Of a stretch of DNA of 64,000 nucleotides, positions 25,249-34,600 are shown in pieces. The DNA comes from Patescibacteria group bacterium. GTDB taxonomy: Bacteria > Patescibacteriota > Patescibacteriia > Patescibacteriales > UBA12465. The stretch covers positions 128,851-192,850 of the forward strand of contig JBAZNJ010000002.1 of assembly GCA_041649315.1 (NCBI GenBank), read 5' to 3'. How positions within the stretch are numbered: the first letter of the stretch is position 1; the number at the start of each line of letters is the position of its first letter. A model generated the notes under the pieces. The model worked only from the letters and a program-made list of their open reading frames with translations, had not been told where the DNA came from and searched no databases. The position numbers and the translations under genes are program-made.

Positions 25249-26460
25249 ATGGCAGAAAGAAAAAATAATAAAAAGAAAAAAGTTTTAGTGGCGATGAGCG
25301 GCGGCGTTGATTCTTCGGTCGCGGCGCAGCTGCTTAAGAACCAGGGTTATGAAGTCGCCGGAGTTTTTTTGAATTTTTGGAAAGATAAGAGTGCGACGGA
25401 CGGTCAGGCACCGGCCGAGAATCGCTGCTGTTCCTTGCAAGCTCTGCTTGATGCGCGGGCTGTGGCCGCCCAGATCGGCATTCCGCTTTATTCTTTTGAT
25501 TTCGCTTTGCCGTTTAAGAAAAATGTCGTTGATTATTTTTTAGACGAGTATGCCGCCGGTCGAACGCCGAACCCTTGTACAGTCTGTAATAAGAAAATCA
25601 AGATTGGCCGCTTATTAGCGAACGCCCGTCTGCTCGGCTTTGATTATCTCGCGACCGGGCATTACTTGCGCTTAAAAAATGACGGGCGTACCGTTCGTTT
25701 ATTTAAAGCCAAAGATAAAAACAAAGATCAATCCTATTTTCTTTATACTTTCACGCCGCGCGAATTAAAACATTTATTATTTCCGCTTGGAAATTATACT
25801 AAGCCCCAGGTGCGCGCCTTAGCCGCCAAATTCAAGCTTAAAGTCGCGGCCAAACCCGAGAGCCAGGATATCTGCTTTTTATCCGGCGATCATAATAATT
25901 TTTTAAAGCGGCATTTGAAACTTAAGCCGGGAGAAATCCGGAGTTTAGAAAGCAACGAGAAAATTGGCGAACATCTCGGCCTGCCTTTATATACTATCGG
26001 CCAGCGCCGCGGTTTGGTTGGCGGGACCGGGCCTTATTATGTTGCTGGTTTTGATTGGGAAAAGAATATTCTGTATGTCGTTAAAAAATGGGATGAAAAA
26101 ATATTATATCGCTCCGAGTTAAGGGCGGAAAAAGTCAATTGGCTAGCCGGCCGGGCGCCGCGTCGCGCTTTTCGATGTTCCGCCGTTATCCGTTACGGGC
26201 ATCCGGCCGTGCCGTGCGTGGTTGAATTAGTAAAAGAAATAAAAGGGAAGGGCGAGAAAAATGAAAAGAAAAAGAAAGTAGAGAGTAATCTGAATGTAAA
26301 AAAAATTAAAGGCCAGGTTATTGAGCAAAATCATAATTACTTAGTTAGATTTTTAAAACCCCAGCGCGCAATAACTCCCGGCCAAAGCGTGGTGTTTTAT
26401 GATAAAAATCAGGTTTTAGGGGGAGGGGTGATTGGGGGGATAAAGGAAGATAAGGATTAA
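25249..26460 (+). CDS. mnmA: tRNA 2-thiouridine(34) synthase MnmA, with a Lys-rich insertion near the C-terminus
   Basis: PP-loop VLVAMSGGVDSSVAA. Also CCS, NPCTVCNKKIK, ATGHY and KDQSYFL. Confidence 0.9.
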   Translation: MAERKNNKKKKVLVAMSGGVDSSVAAQLLKNQGYEVAGVFLNFWKDKSATDGQAPAENRCCSLQALLDARAVAAQIGIPLYSFDFALPFKKNVVDYFLDEYAAGRTPNPCTVCNKKIKIGRLLANARLLGFDYLATGHYLRLKNDGRTVRLFKAKDKNKDQSYFLYTFTPRELKHLLFPLGNYTKPQVRALAAKFKLKVAAKPESQDICFLSGDHNNFLKRHLKLKPGEIRSLESNEKIGEHLGLPLYTIGQRRGLVGGTGPYYVAGFDWEKNILYVVKKWDEKILYRSELRAEKVNWLAGRAPRRAFRCSAVIRYGHPAVPCVVELVKEIKGKGEKNEKKKKVESNLNVKKIKGQVIEQNHNYLVRFLKPQRAITPGQSVVFYDKNQVLGGGVIGGIKEDKD

Positions 26461-26504
26461 GGGGATAAATTTGATATATAATAAAGCAGTTAGTTTGCCA
26501 AATT

Positions 26505-26535
26505 AAAAAACAGATTATTAAATCTGTTTTTTTTT
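26505..26535. terminator. bidirectional intrinsic terminator between mnmA (+) and tRNA-Leu (-)
   Basis: aaaaaacagatt atta aatctgttttttttt. Confidence 0.75.
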
Positions 26536-26536
26536 G

Positions 26537-26620
26537 TGCCCAAGGCGGGAATCGAACCCGCACGGAGTCGCCTCCACGCGATTTTGAGTCGCGCGCGTCT
26601 GCCAGTTCCGCCACTCGGGC
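26537..26620 (-). tRNA. tRNA-Leu (anticodon CAA), class II with long variable arm; CCA not encoded
   Basis: The reverse complement folds as acceptor gcccgag/cttgggc, anticodon arm cgcga-ctCAAaa-tcgcg, variable arm ggag-gcga-ctcc, and T arm gcggg-ttcgatt-cccgc. Confidence 0.9.
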
Positions 26621-26745
26621 GCTTATTGATTACGAAAATTAGTATAGTAAATAAATCGTTGATTGTCAAAATTGTCAAAGCTCTTTCTTTAGGATATAAT
26701 AAAAATAGCGGAGAAAAATATTTTTTCGCATTTTTAGATAATTTT

Positions 26746-27510
26746 ATGGGTAAAACCATTGCGATTGTCAATCAAAAAGGCGGGGTGGGGAAAACCACGT
26801 CCGCCGTCAATATCGGCGCTTATTTAGCTTACTTAGGCAAGCAGGTTTTGCTTGTTGATATTGACCCGCAGGCCAACGCGACTTCCGGTCTCGGCCTTGA
26901 TCATCGGAACCTTGAAGCCGGCGTTTACGAAGCGCTGATTGGCGATAAACCGCTGGCCCAGGTAATAAAAAGAAGCGTCCAGTCCGGCTTAAAAGTCGCG
27001 CCGGCGACTTTATCTTTGGCCGGGGCTGGCGTGGAAATGGTTAATATGGAAAATAGGGAATTCCGTTTAGCTAATGTTTTAGAAGAAATAAAAAAAGAAT
27101 TTGATTATATTATTATCGACGGTCCGCCTTCGCTCGGACTTTTAACGGTTAATAGCTTGGTCGCTGCCGACGAAGTTTTAATCCCGATTCAGAGCGAATA
27201 TTACGCGCTTGAAGGATTAAGCCAGCTTTTAGAAACGATTAGCTTAGTCCAGAACAATTTAAAACCGAGTTTAGGGATTATGGGTGCGATAATTACCATG
27301 TTTGATCGTCGGAATAAATTATCCGAATCGGTAATGGAAGAATTATACCAATATTTCCCGAATCGTATTTTCCGTTCGGTTATTCCGCGCAGCGTCCGTT
27401 TGGCCGAAGCGCCGAGCTATGGCCGTTCAATTTTACATTATGACCCGAAATCCAAAGGCGGACGAGCTTACGAAGGCCTGGCGCGGGAGATTTTGAGTTT
27501 GGAGAAATAG
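26746..27510 (+). CDS. parA: chromosome partitioning ATPase ParA/Soj
   Basis: Deviant Walker A IAIVNQKGGVGKTT, plus DIDPQANAT and LIPIQSEYYALEGL. The true start is the ATG at 26746. The longer ORF from 26536 runs antisense over tRNA-Leu. Confidence 0.9.
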   Translation: MGKTIAIVNQKGGVGKTTSAVNIGAYLAYLGKQVLLVDIDPQANATSGLGLDHRNLEAGVYEALIGDKPLAQVIKRSVQSGLKVAPATLSLAGAGVEMVNMENREFRLANVLEEIKKEFDYIIIDGPPSLGLLTVNSLVAADEVLIPIQSEYYALEGLSQLLETISLVQNNLKPSLGIMGAIITMFDRRNKLSESVMEELYQYFPNRIFRSVIPRSVRLAEAPSYGRSILHYDPKSKGGRAYEGLAREILSLEK

Positions 27511-27545
27511 TAGTAAATAGGGAGGAATATATATAAAAAATAAAT

Positions 27546-29651
27546 ATGAAATTGGTTAGAGATGATAATTTAAATCTAATTATTAAGAAAGATTATTCTT
27601 ATTCTTTTGACGCGCCTGAAGCCGGTTTTTATTTAATTGAAATTATAGCGGAGACAAAAAGTTGGTGGCAAAATTTTACCGGCCGGCGTTCTTTTCTAAA
27701 AGCCGATTATCTATCAGTCGCCATTAATGAAGAGATTTTTCCGCGACAGGAAGGGTCTAAATCTAGGAAGGATTTATTTTTTAGTCCGCTGGCCTGGAAT
27801 GGCAATAAATTAAAGGGATTGGAAAAAATAAATATTTTTATTGTTCAATTAAAAAAGGGGGTTAACCAATTTAAGTTCACCGTTAATCATTCGCCGCGTC
27901 TAACAAATATTAGAATATTCAGTATTGATCGTCGCGATTCAGATGTAGATTATCGAGTTTTAAGCGGTTCTCGTCCTCAAGACGGTGATCGACGACCGTG
28001 GATTTCCTTGGCTTTACCCCAGGGTATTTTTAATAATTTAAACATTTCCGCCGCCGCCGGTAAATATTCTAAAAGTCGCGATGATGACGATTTAAAAATT
28101 ATTATCGACGGTCAGACGCAATTGAACGAAAGTAAAAATTCTCATCAAGATTGGTTTTGGTGCGGAAAAATTTTAAATGGATCAATTAAAGAATTTAAGC
28201 GAGATTTAAGCGCCGGAGATAGTTGGCATTTTTTAGAACTTTGGGCGGATCGTCGTCCGCGTTTAGATTTTATTAAGTTATTTTTGATCGGCGGCGAATC
28301 GGAAAATGAAAATCTACCGGAGTCTAATGTTCAATATAGAAATAAAGATTTAAAATGGTGGGAAGATTGGCGAGCCATAAAGAAATATCAAGATCGCGGG
28401 CCATCCGGCAATCGCGATTATAATCGTTATGACGAGTTGATAGTTAAAGCGGTCGCTCGTTGGAATAAAGAGTTTTTTGACGATGTTTATCCGCCGGATG
28501 AGCCCCTTGATCCGAATTTAGTTAAGGCGATGATTTTTCAGGAAAGTATCATAGGTTATGATGATCAAGCGCCGATTAATATAATGTCGGTTGGTAATCC
28601 CGGAGATAACACGTTAGATATTTTGAATAATCAAACCGAGCATCCGGAATATGAATTAAGAAATGGAAAAATTTGGACTTTAGATTATAAGGGGCAGGCA
28701 CAAGTTAACTCGGTCGCTGACAGTATTTATTGGGGGGTGAGATGGCTTTATCATAAAGCGCAAGAAACCAAGGCGGATGAAAGAGAGTGGTTATCGTGGC
28801 GAAAGGCGGTGGAGAAATATGGCCCGCATGACGGGCTATATACTGACAATGTCTGGAGTATTTATACCGAAGGTGTGAGCCATCGGGAGACTCCGGTTAT
28901 TAAATTATGGTCGGTAATTTTGTTGACCGTTGCTTTAGTGGTTTTTTCTTATTTTTTTGGAGCTGATGATTTTTTACAAGCGGCCACTTTTGATTCGATT
29001 AAACCAGAATCTCAAGAGATGACGACCGACATTGAAATTAAAACTTATGTCGGTCAACCGTCATTGTTTTCGGCGGTTATCGTCAGACAAAAAGATTGGT
29101 GGGAAGATCTAAAAGTCGGTCGTTATACTCAGGGTTCGGTTAAATGGTTGGAGATAGATCGGCCCCCTTATGAGCAAGCGATTCTGTCGGTTAAGTTTAT
29201 CAAGTTAAAAGGATTTACTGAACCGTTTTTAGAAGTTTACGGTTATGGCCATAAGGGTACGGGATTTTTTCATTTATATCAGATTAAGGGAGATAATTTA
29301 AGATTGGTTTTAGAGACCCGCGCCGTGGATTATAAAAATGAGAGCCACGCTTACCTTGAAAATTTTATGAAATACGGACATTGGAATTGCGACGCCCGAT
29401 TTATTAGCGGACTTTTAGACAGTTTCTATGAAGATTTTAATAACGATGGCGTGGACGATGTTAAATTAAGCGGCCGGGAAGAAATGGTTTGTGATGTTTT
29501 TAGGGACGATTATCAAATCGGTGATGATTTTACTACAGAAGAGGAACAGATGGCCGAATATGGCGTCGAAAAGATTTTTCTCTTTGACGCTTCAAAAAAT
29601 ACTTATCAGCTGGATAAAGTTCAACCGTCCGGTTGGCATGATGATTTTTGA
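27546..29651 (+). CDS. hypothetical 701-aa protein inserted between parA and parB: two beta-sandwich-like N-terminal repeats, a possible lysozyme/transglycosylase-like core, one TM helix, and a C-terminal domain
   Basis: Internal repeat: AWNGNKLKGLEKINIFIVQLKKGVNQFKFTVNHSPRLTNIRIF versus WCGKILNGSIKEFKRDLSAGDSWHFLELWADRRPRLDFIKLF. An SLT-like LVKAMIFQES motif is present, and the TM helix is LWSVILLTVALVVFSYFF. Markedly AT-richer than parA and parB. Confidence 0.55.
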   Translation: MKLVRDDNLNLIIKKDYSYSFDAPEAGFYLIEIIAETKSWWQNFTGRRSFLKADYLSVAINEEIFPRQEGSKSRKDLFFSPLAWNGNKLKGLEKINIFIVQLKKGVNQFKFTVNHSPRLTNIRIFSIDRRDSDVDYRVLSGSRPQDGDRRPWISLALPQGIFNNLNISAAAGKYSKSRDDDDLKIIIDGQTQLNESKNSHQDWFWCGKILNGSIKEFKRDLSAGDSWHFLELWADRRPRLDFIKLFLIGGESENENLPESNVQYRNKDLKWWEDWRAIKKYQDRGPSGNRDYNRYDELIVKAVARWNKEFFDDVYPPDEPLDPNLVKAMIFQESIIGYDDQAPINIMSVGNPGDNTLDILNNQTEHPEYELRNGKIWTLDYKGQAQVNSVADSIYWGVRWLYHKAQETKADEREWLSWRKAVEKYGPHDGLYTDNVWSIYTEGVSHRETPVIKLWSVILLTVALVVFSYFFGADDFLQAATFDSIKPESQEMTTDIEIKTYVGQPSLFSAVIVRQKDWWEDLKVGRYTQGSVKWLEIDRPPYEQAILSVKFIKLKGFTEPFLEVYGYGHKGTGFFHLYQIKGDNLRLVLETRAVDYKNESHAYLENFMKYGHWNCDARFISGLLDSFYEDFNNDGVDDVKLSGREEMVCDVFRDDYQIGDDFTTEEEQMAEYGVEKIFLFDASKNTYQLDKVQPSGWHDDF

Positions 29652-29720
29652 TTTCGCTCATAGCGGATCTGGCGCTATATAATCTTTATTTTTTATTTTT
29701 ATAATTTAATCATTAATAAT

Positions 29721-30599
29721 ATGCCTCAAGGTTTAGGCCGAGGACTCGGCTCTTTAATCCCAAAAAAAACCGTAACTTACGGCCGCAACCCGTTTAAAGC
29801 GGAAGCGACCGATGAAGAGTTGGCGGTTTTACTTGATAACGACCGGATTTTTAAAATCAATCCGGCCAAGATTTCAATCAATCCGCATCAGCCCCGGACG
29901 GATTTTTCCGCGAGCGCTTTAGACGACTTAGCGGAATCAATCCGCGAACATGGCATCATTCAGCCCCTAGTCGTAACTCGGAAAGGCGAGGGTTTTGAGT
30001 TGATTGCCGGAGAACGCCGTCTGCGCGCCGCCGCTTTGGTCGGACTCAAAGAAATTCCGGTGATTGTCCGTGAAGAAAAAGAACAGAAAAAATTAGAATT
30101 AGCTTTAATTGAAAATTTACAGCGAGAAGATTTAAACCCTTTAGAAACCGCGCGGGCTTATCAGAAGTTAGTCTCTGAATTTAATATTACTCAAGAAGAA
30201 GTCGCGAAAAAAGTCGGTAAAGCCCGGTCAAGCGTTGCTAACGCCTTGCGGCTTTTGTCTTTACCGGAAGCGATTTTAGAAGAATTGGCGAGCCGGAAAA
30301 TCAGCGAAGCGCACGCGAAATTTTTGTTAGGCCTGGAGAGTGAAGCGCAGCAGCTGAATATGTTAAAAAAAATCATGCGTCAGAATTTAACCGTTGCTCA
30401 AACCGACAAGGAGATAAAAAGAATCGGCGGCACGAAGGCGGCTCGGGTGAAAAATTATCTTGATGAGGAAAGGGAACAAGAACTGGCCGGCCTTTTAGGA
30501 ACGAAAGTTGAAATCAGACGGCAAGGGAAGAGCGGTAAAATCCTGATTGATTTTTATAGCGAAGAAGAATTAGAGGGAATTGTGAATAAGATAAAATAA
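29721..30599 (+). CDS. parB: chromosome partitioning protein ParB/Spo0J
   Basis: GLGRGLGSLIP, IIQPLVV, ELIAGERRLRAA, and HTH QEEVAKKVGKARSSVANALRLL. Confidence 0.9.
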   Translation: MPQGLGRGLGSLIPKKTVTYGRNPFKAEATDEELAVLLDNDRIFKINPAKISINPHQPRTDFSASALDDLAESIREHGIIQPLVVTRKGEGFELIAGERRLRAAALVGLKEIPVIVREEKEQKKLELALIENLQREDLNPLETARAYQKLVSEFNITQEEVAKKVGKARSSVANALRLLSLPEAILEELASRKISEAHAKFLLGLESEAQQLNMLKKIMRQNLTVAQTDKEIKRIGGTKAARVKNYLDEEREQELAGLLGTKVEIRRQGKSGKILIDFYSEEELEGIVNKIK

Positions 30600-30681
30600 G
30601 GCGCTGGGGATTTTTCTTAATTAAGGATCTTTTTCACCTTATTTTATCGGGTTAAAACAGATTTTGATTCATTAATTAACC

Positions 30682-30710
30682 TTGAAATTTATTGTTTTTT
30701 ATGCTAAAAT
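30682..30710 (+). promoter_or_regulatory. near-consensus promoter TTGAAA, 17-nt spacer, TGc-TAAAAT; the ATG at 30717 coincides with the expected +1 (leaderless)
   Basis: ttgaaa at 30682-30687 and taaaat at 30705-30710. The ATG lies 7 nt after the -10 box. Confidence 0.5.
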
Positions 30711-30716
30711 TAAAGT

Positions 30717-30992
30717 ATGAATAGCCAAAAAAATCAAAAGAAAATAACTGATTTTATTAAAAAACGACCGTATTTGATTTGGTGGGTAAAAAATTATGAG
30801 CGCCTGAATAATAAGGCGATTGTGGAGGCGACTTTAAATTACGGCGATTGGGACGATGTACAATTGTTGTTTAAGATTTTAGGCATAAAAAATGTGGCTA
30901 AAATTTTTCAAAAGCAAGTGAAGCAAAAAAGAAATAATTATTACCCGAAGTCAAAAAATTATTTTCGTTTATATTTTAAACAACATGCCTAA
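30717..30992 (+). CDS. small protein, candidate cognate partner (antitoxin-like) of the downstream AbiEii-like nucleotidyltransferase
   Basis: 91 aa, with an 8-bp overlap with the downstream gene. The IVEATLNYGDWDDVQLLFKILG segment resembles small proteins often found with AbiEii-type genes (from memory, not searched). Confidence 0.4.
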   Translation: MNSQKNQKKITDFIKKRPYLIWWVKNYERLNNKAIVEATLNYGDWDDVQLLFKILGIKNVAKIFQKQVKQKRNNYYPKSKNYFRLYFKQHA

Positions 30993-31599
30993 AGAAATTC
31001 TTAGTGCGGAACAAATAAAATTACTGCCTTTAGTTCGAAAGTTTTTTAAGGAATTCGGTTTGGTGGGCGGTACGGCTATTGCTTTGCAAATCGGACATCG
31101 ACAATCCGTTGATTTTGATTTATTTTCTAATAAAAAGTTTAATAACGGCCGGATTAGAAAAATCGTTAATGCGGGCGGCTGGAAAATAATGAAAGTATCC
31201 GTTGACGAAGCCGGTCAGTTTACTTTTTACGTAAATGGCGTGCGCTTCACTTTTTTAGAATATCCTTTTCCGATTAAATTTACCGAAGGGTTTAAGCAAT
31301 TTTTAAAAATGCCCGATCTTTTGACTTTGGCCGCCATGAAGGCCTACACTTTAGGGCGGCGAAATAAATGGAAAGATTATGTTGACCTTTATTTTATTAT
31401 CAGTAAATATCATTCTTTAAAGAAAATAATTGATCGGGCGAAAAAGATTTTTAGCTCGGAATTCAATGAAAAAATTTTTCGCGAAGCCTTATCTTACTTT
31501 AAGGATATAAATTATGAAGAGGAAGTAGTATTTTTGCCGGGTTGCGCGGTTAGCGAGAATAAAATAAAGGCAGAGCTGACTAAGTACGCGCTTGAATAA
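30985..31599 (+). CDS. nucleotidyltransferase AbiEii/AbiGii toxin-family protein (type IV TA-like)
   Basis: LVGGTAIALQIGHRQSVDFDLFS matches the GGTAL..HR.S.D.D motif of the AbiEii family. 204 aa. Confidence 0.65.
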   Translation: MPKEILSAEQIKLLPLVRKFFKEFGLVGGTAIALQIGHRQSVDFDLFSNKKFNNGRIRKIVNAGGWKIMKVSVDEAGQFTFYVNGVRFTFLEYPFPIKFTEGFKQFLKMPDLLTLAAMKAYTLGRRNKWKDYVDLYFIISKYHSLKKIIDRAKKIFSSEFNEKIFREALSYFKDINYEEEVVFLPGCAVSENKIKAELTKYALE

Positions 31600-31626
31600 C
31601 GGTTATAATTTTTTTAAATCATTTCC

Positions 31627-34600
31627 ATGTCTTTTGTCCATCTTCATAACCATAGCCATTATTCTTTGCTCGACGGCCTAACTAAGATCGATGAGATGGT
31701 TAATTTTGCCAAAGAACAAGGTTCGCCAGCCATTGCCATTACTGATCACGGCACGATGTATGGTGTGATAGAATTCTATCAGAAAGCCAAAAAAGCCGGG
31801 ATAAAACCAATTATCGGCGTCGAGGCCTATTTAGCGCCCGGATCGCGCTTTGATAAGAATACGCGAGAAGACGGCCGGAGTTATCATTTACTTCTTTTAG
31901 CCAAGAATTTTACCGGCTACCAGAATTTAATAAAACTAACTTCCGCCGCTCATCTTGAGGGTTTTTATTATAAGCCACGGATTGATTGGGAATTGCTGCG
32001 TGAGCATCATGAGGGGCTAATCGCTTCGACCGCCTGTTTAGCCGGGGAGATTCCGCGCTTGATAAAGGCGGATAAGTTAAAAGAAGCGGAAAAAAGAATT
32101 AAAGAATACTCCGAACTGTTTGGTCCGGATAATTTTTATTTGGAAATAATGGATCATCCGGAACTGGGCGAGGAGCAGATTAAAGTAAATACTAAGCTGA
32201 TTGAATTTTCTAAAAAACTTAAGATACCCTTGGTCGCGACCAATGATAGTCATTATTTAAGAAAAGAAGACGCGGAAGCCCAGGATATTCTGCTTTGCTT
32301 ACAGAATAAGAAAAAAATCGAAGATACGGACCGGATGAAGATGCTCGGCCTCGGTGATTATTCTCTGCGGCCGAACGCCGAGATGATTGCCGCTTTTGCC
32401 ACGACACCCGAAGCCGTCACTAATACACTTAAGATCGCGGAACGTTGTAATTTAGAAATTCCGCTCGGCAATATTCAATTGCCGCGTTTTGAAGTGCCGG
32501 CCGGCCACGACGGGAACTCTTATTTGCGCCAGTGGTGCGAACAGGGAGTCGCTAAGCGTTTTCCGGCCGCAAACGCGACGGAATTAGAAAAGGTCCGAGA
32601 ACGATTAGATTACGAATTATCCGTTATCGCCAAAATGGGTTGGCCATCGTATTTTTTGATTGTCGCGGATTTTATTAATTGGGCGAAAGACAATAAGATC
32701 GTGGTTGGCCCGGGCCGCGGTTCGGCTGCCGGTTCGCTGGTCTGTTATCTGACCGGGATTACTAATCTTGATCCTTTGAAATATGATTTGCTTTTTGAAC
32801 GTTTTTTGAATCCGGATCGGATATCAATGCCTGATATTGATATGGATTTCGCGGACGCGCGGCGCGGCGAAGTTTTAGATTATGTCGGCAATAAATATGG
32901 GCATGACCATGTAGCCCAGATTATTACTTTTGGGACAATGGCCGCCCGGGCGGCGGTGCGCGATGTCGGGCGCGTGCTTAACGAGCCCTATGATTATTGT
33001 GATAAAATTTCTAAAAGCATCCCGATGTTTATGAAACTGGACGAGGCCCTCCGGGTCGTGCCGGAGTTAAAAGAAATGTATAATAATGAGCCGGCGGCGA
33101 AAAAGATTTTGGATTACGCCAAGCGACTGGAAGGCGTGGCGCGGCATGCCTCAACACATGCCTGTGGCGTTCTAATTACGGAAAATCCCTTGACTGAATA
33201 TGTACCGGTTCAATATGCCTCTTCGTCCGACCGCAGTATTATTTCGCAATATTCGCTTCATCCGATCGAAGATCTCGGATTATTAAAAATGGATTTTTTA
33301 GGTTTGAAAAATTTAACGATTATTGAATCAGCTTTAAAAATAATTAAGAATACTCGCGGCTTGGATATTGATATTGATAAGATTCCTCTTGATGACCTTG
33401 CCACTTATAAATTATTCCAGGCCGGAGAAACGACTGGTGTCTTTCAATTTGAATCTTCCGGCATGAAGCGTTACTTGCGCGAGTTAAAGCCGACTAGCTT
33501 TGAAGATATTATCGCCATGGTCGCCTTATATCGCCCGGGGCCAATGGAATGGATTCCAGATTATATTGCCGGCAAACATAAAAAGAAAAAAGTCGCTTAT
33601 CTTCATCCGAAACTGGCGCCAATCTTAGAAAAAACCTACGGTGTGGCGATTTATCAGGAACAAGTGATGCAGATTGCCCGCGACTTAGCCGGATTTTCCA
33701 TGGGCCAGGCCGACGTTTTAAGAAAGGCGATGGGTAAGAAGATTCCCGAACTTTTAGCGGAGCAAAAAGAAAAATTTATCGAGGGTTGTGTTAAGAACGG
33801 CGTTTATAAGGAATTAGCTGAGAAAGTTTTTTCTTTTATTGAGCCTTTTGCCGGCTATGGCTTTAACCGCAGCCACGCGGCTTGCTATGCGTTAATCGGC
33901 TATCAGACCGCTTATCTTAAGGCACATTGGCCGGCTGAGTTTATGGCTGCGCTCCTTACTTCCGATCAGGGCGACGTGGATCGGGCTGCGGTGGAAATTG
34001 AGGAGTGTCGCAATATGGGCCTGAAGATAATGGCACCGGATATTAACGAATCTTTCGGAACTTTCACGGTCGTGACTGCTGGAACAAAAGCTAACCGCGC
34101 CGTCGGCCAGACGGAGAAGATCGACACGATCCGTTTCGGCTTGAAAGCGGTTAAAAACGTCGGCGAACATATTGCTGAAGAAATTATTAGAGAGCGGAAA
34201 GAAAACGGCCCTTACTCAGAAATTTTTGATTTATTGGAAAGAATAACGGATAAAGATTTGAATAAAAAATCTTTAGAAAGCTTGATTAAGAGTGGCGCTT
34301 TGGATAGTTTTGGCGAGCGCGGCCGACTGCTTAGTAATATTGAGCGCCTGCTTAATTTCAGTAAGGAATCGACCCAGCTTAAAGACAGCCGGCAAGGCAA
34401 TCTATTTGCCGGTTTACCGACGGCTGAGGCGCCGCGCGCGGTTTTAAATCCGGCTCCGGAAGCAGACGAACACGAAAAGCTTAATTGGGAAAAAGAATTA
34501 CTCGGCCTTTACGTGAGTGCTCATCCAATCAATACTTTCCGGCCCTATCTTAACGGCTATGCCTTACTTTTATCCGAACTTAGCGGCCATAAGGGCGATG

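Noticed and set aside
26536-26745. The ORF track extends parA 70 codons upstream (MPKAGIEPARSRLH...).
   Set aside because: That stretch is the antisense translation of tRNA-Leu(CAA) and its flank. The conserved ParA sequence begins at the ATG at 26746 (MGKTIAIVNQKGGVGKTT).
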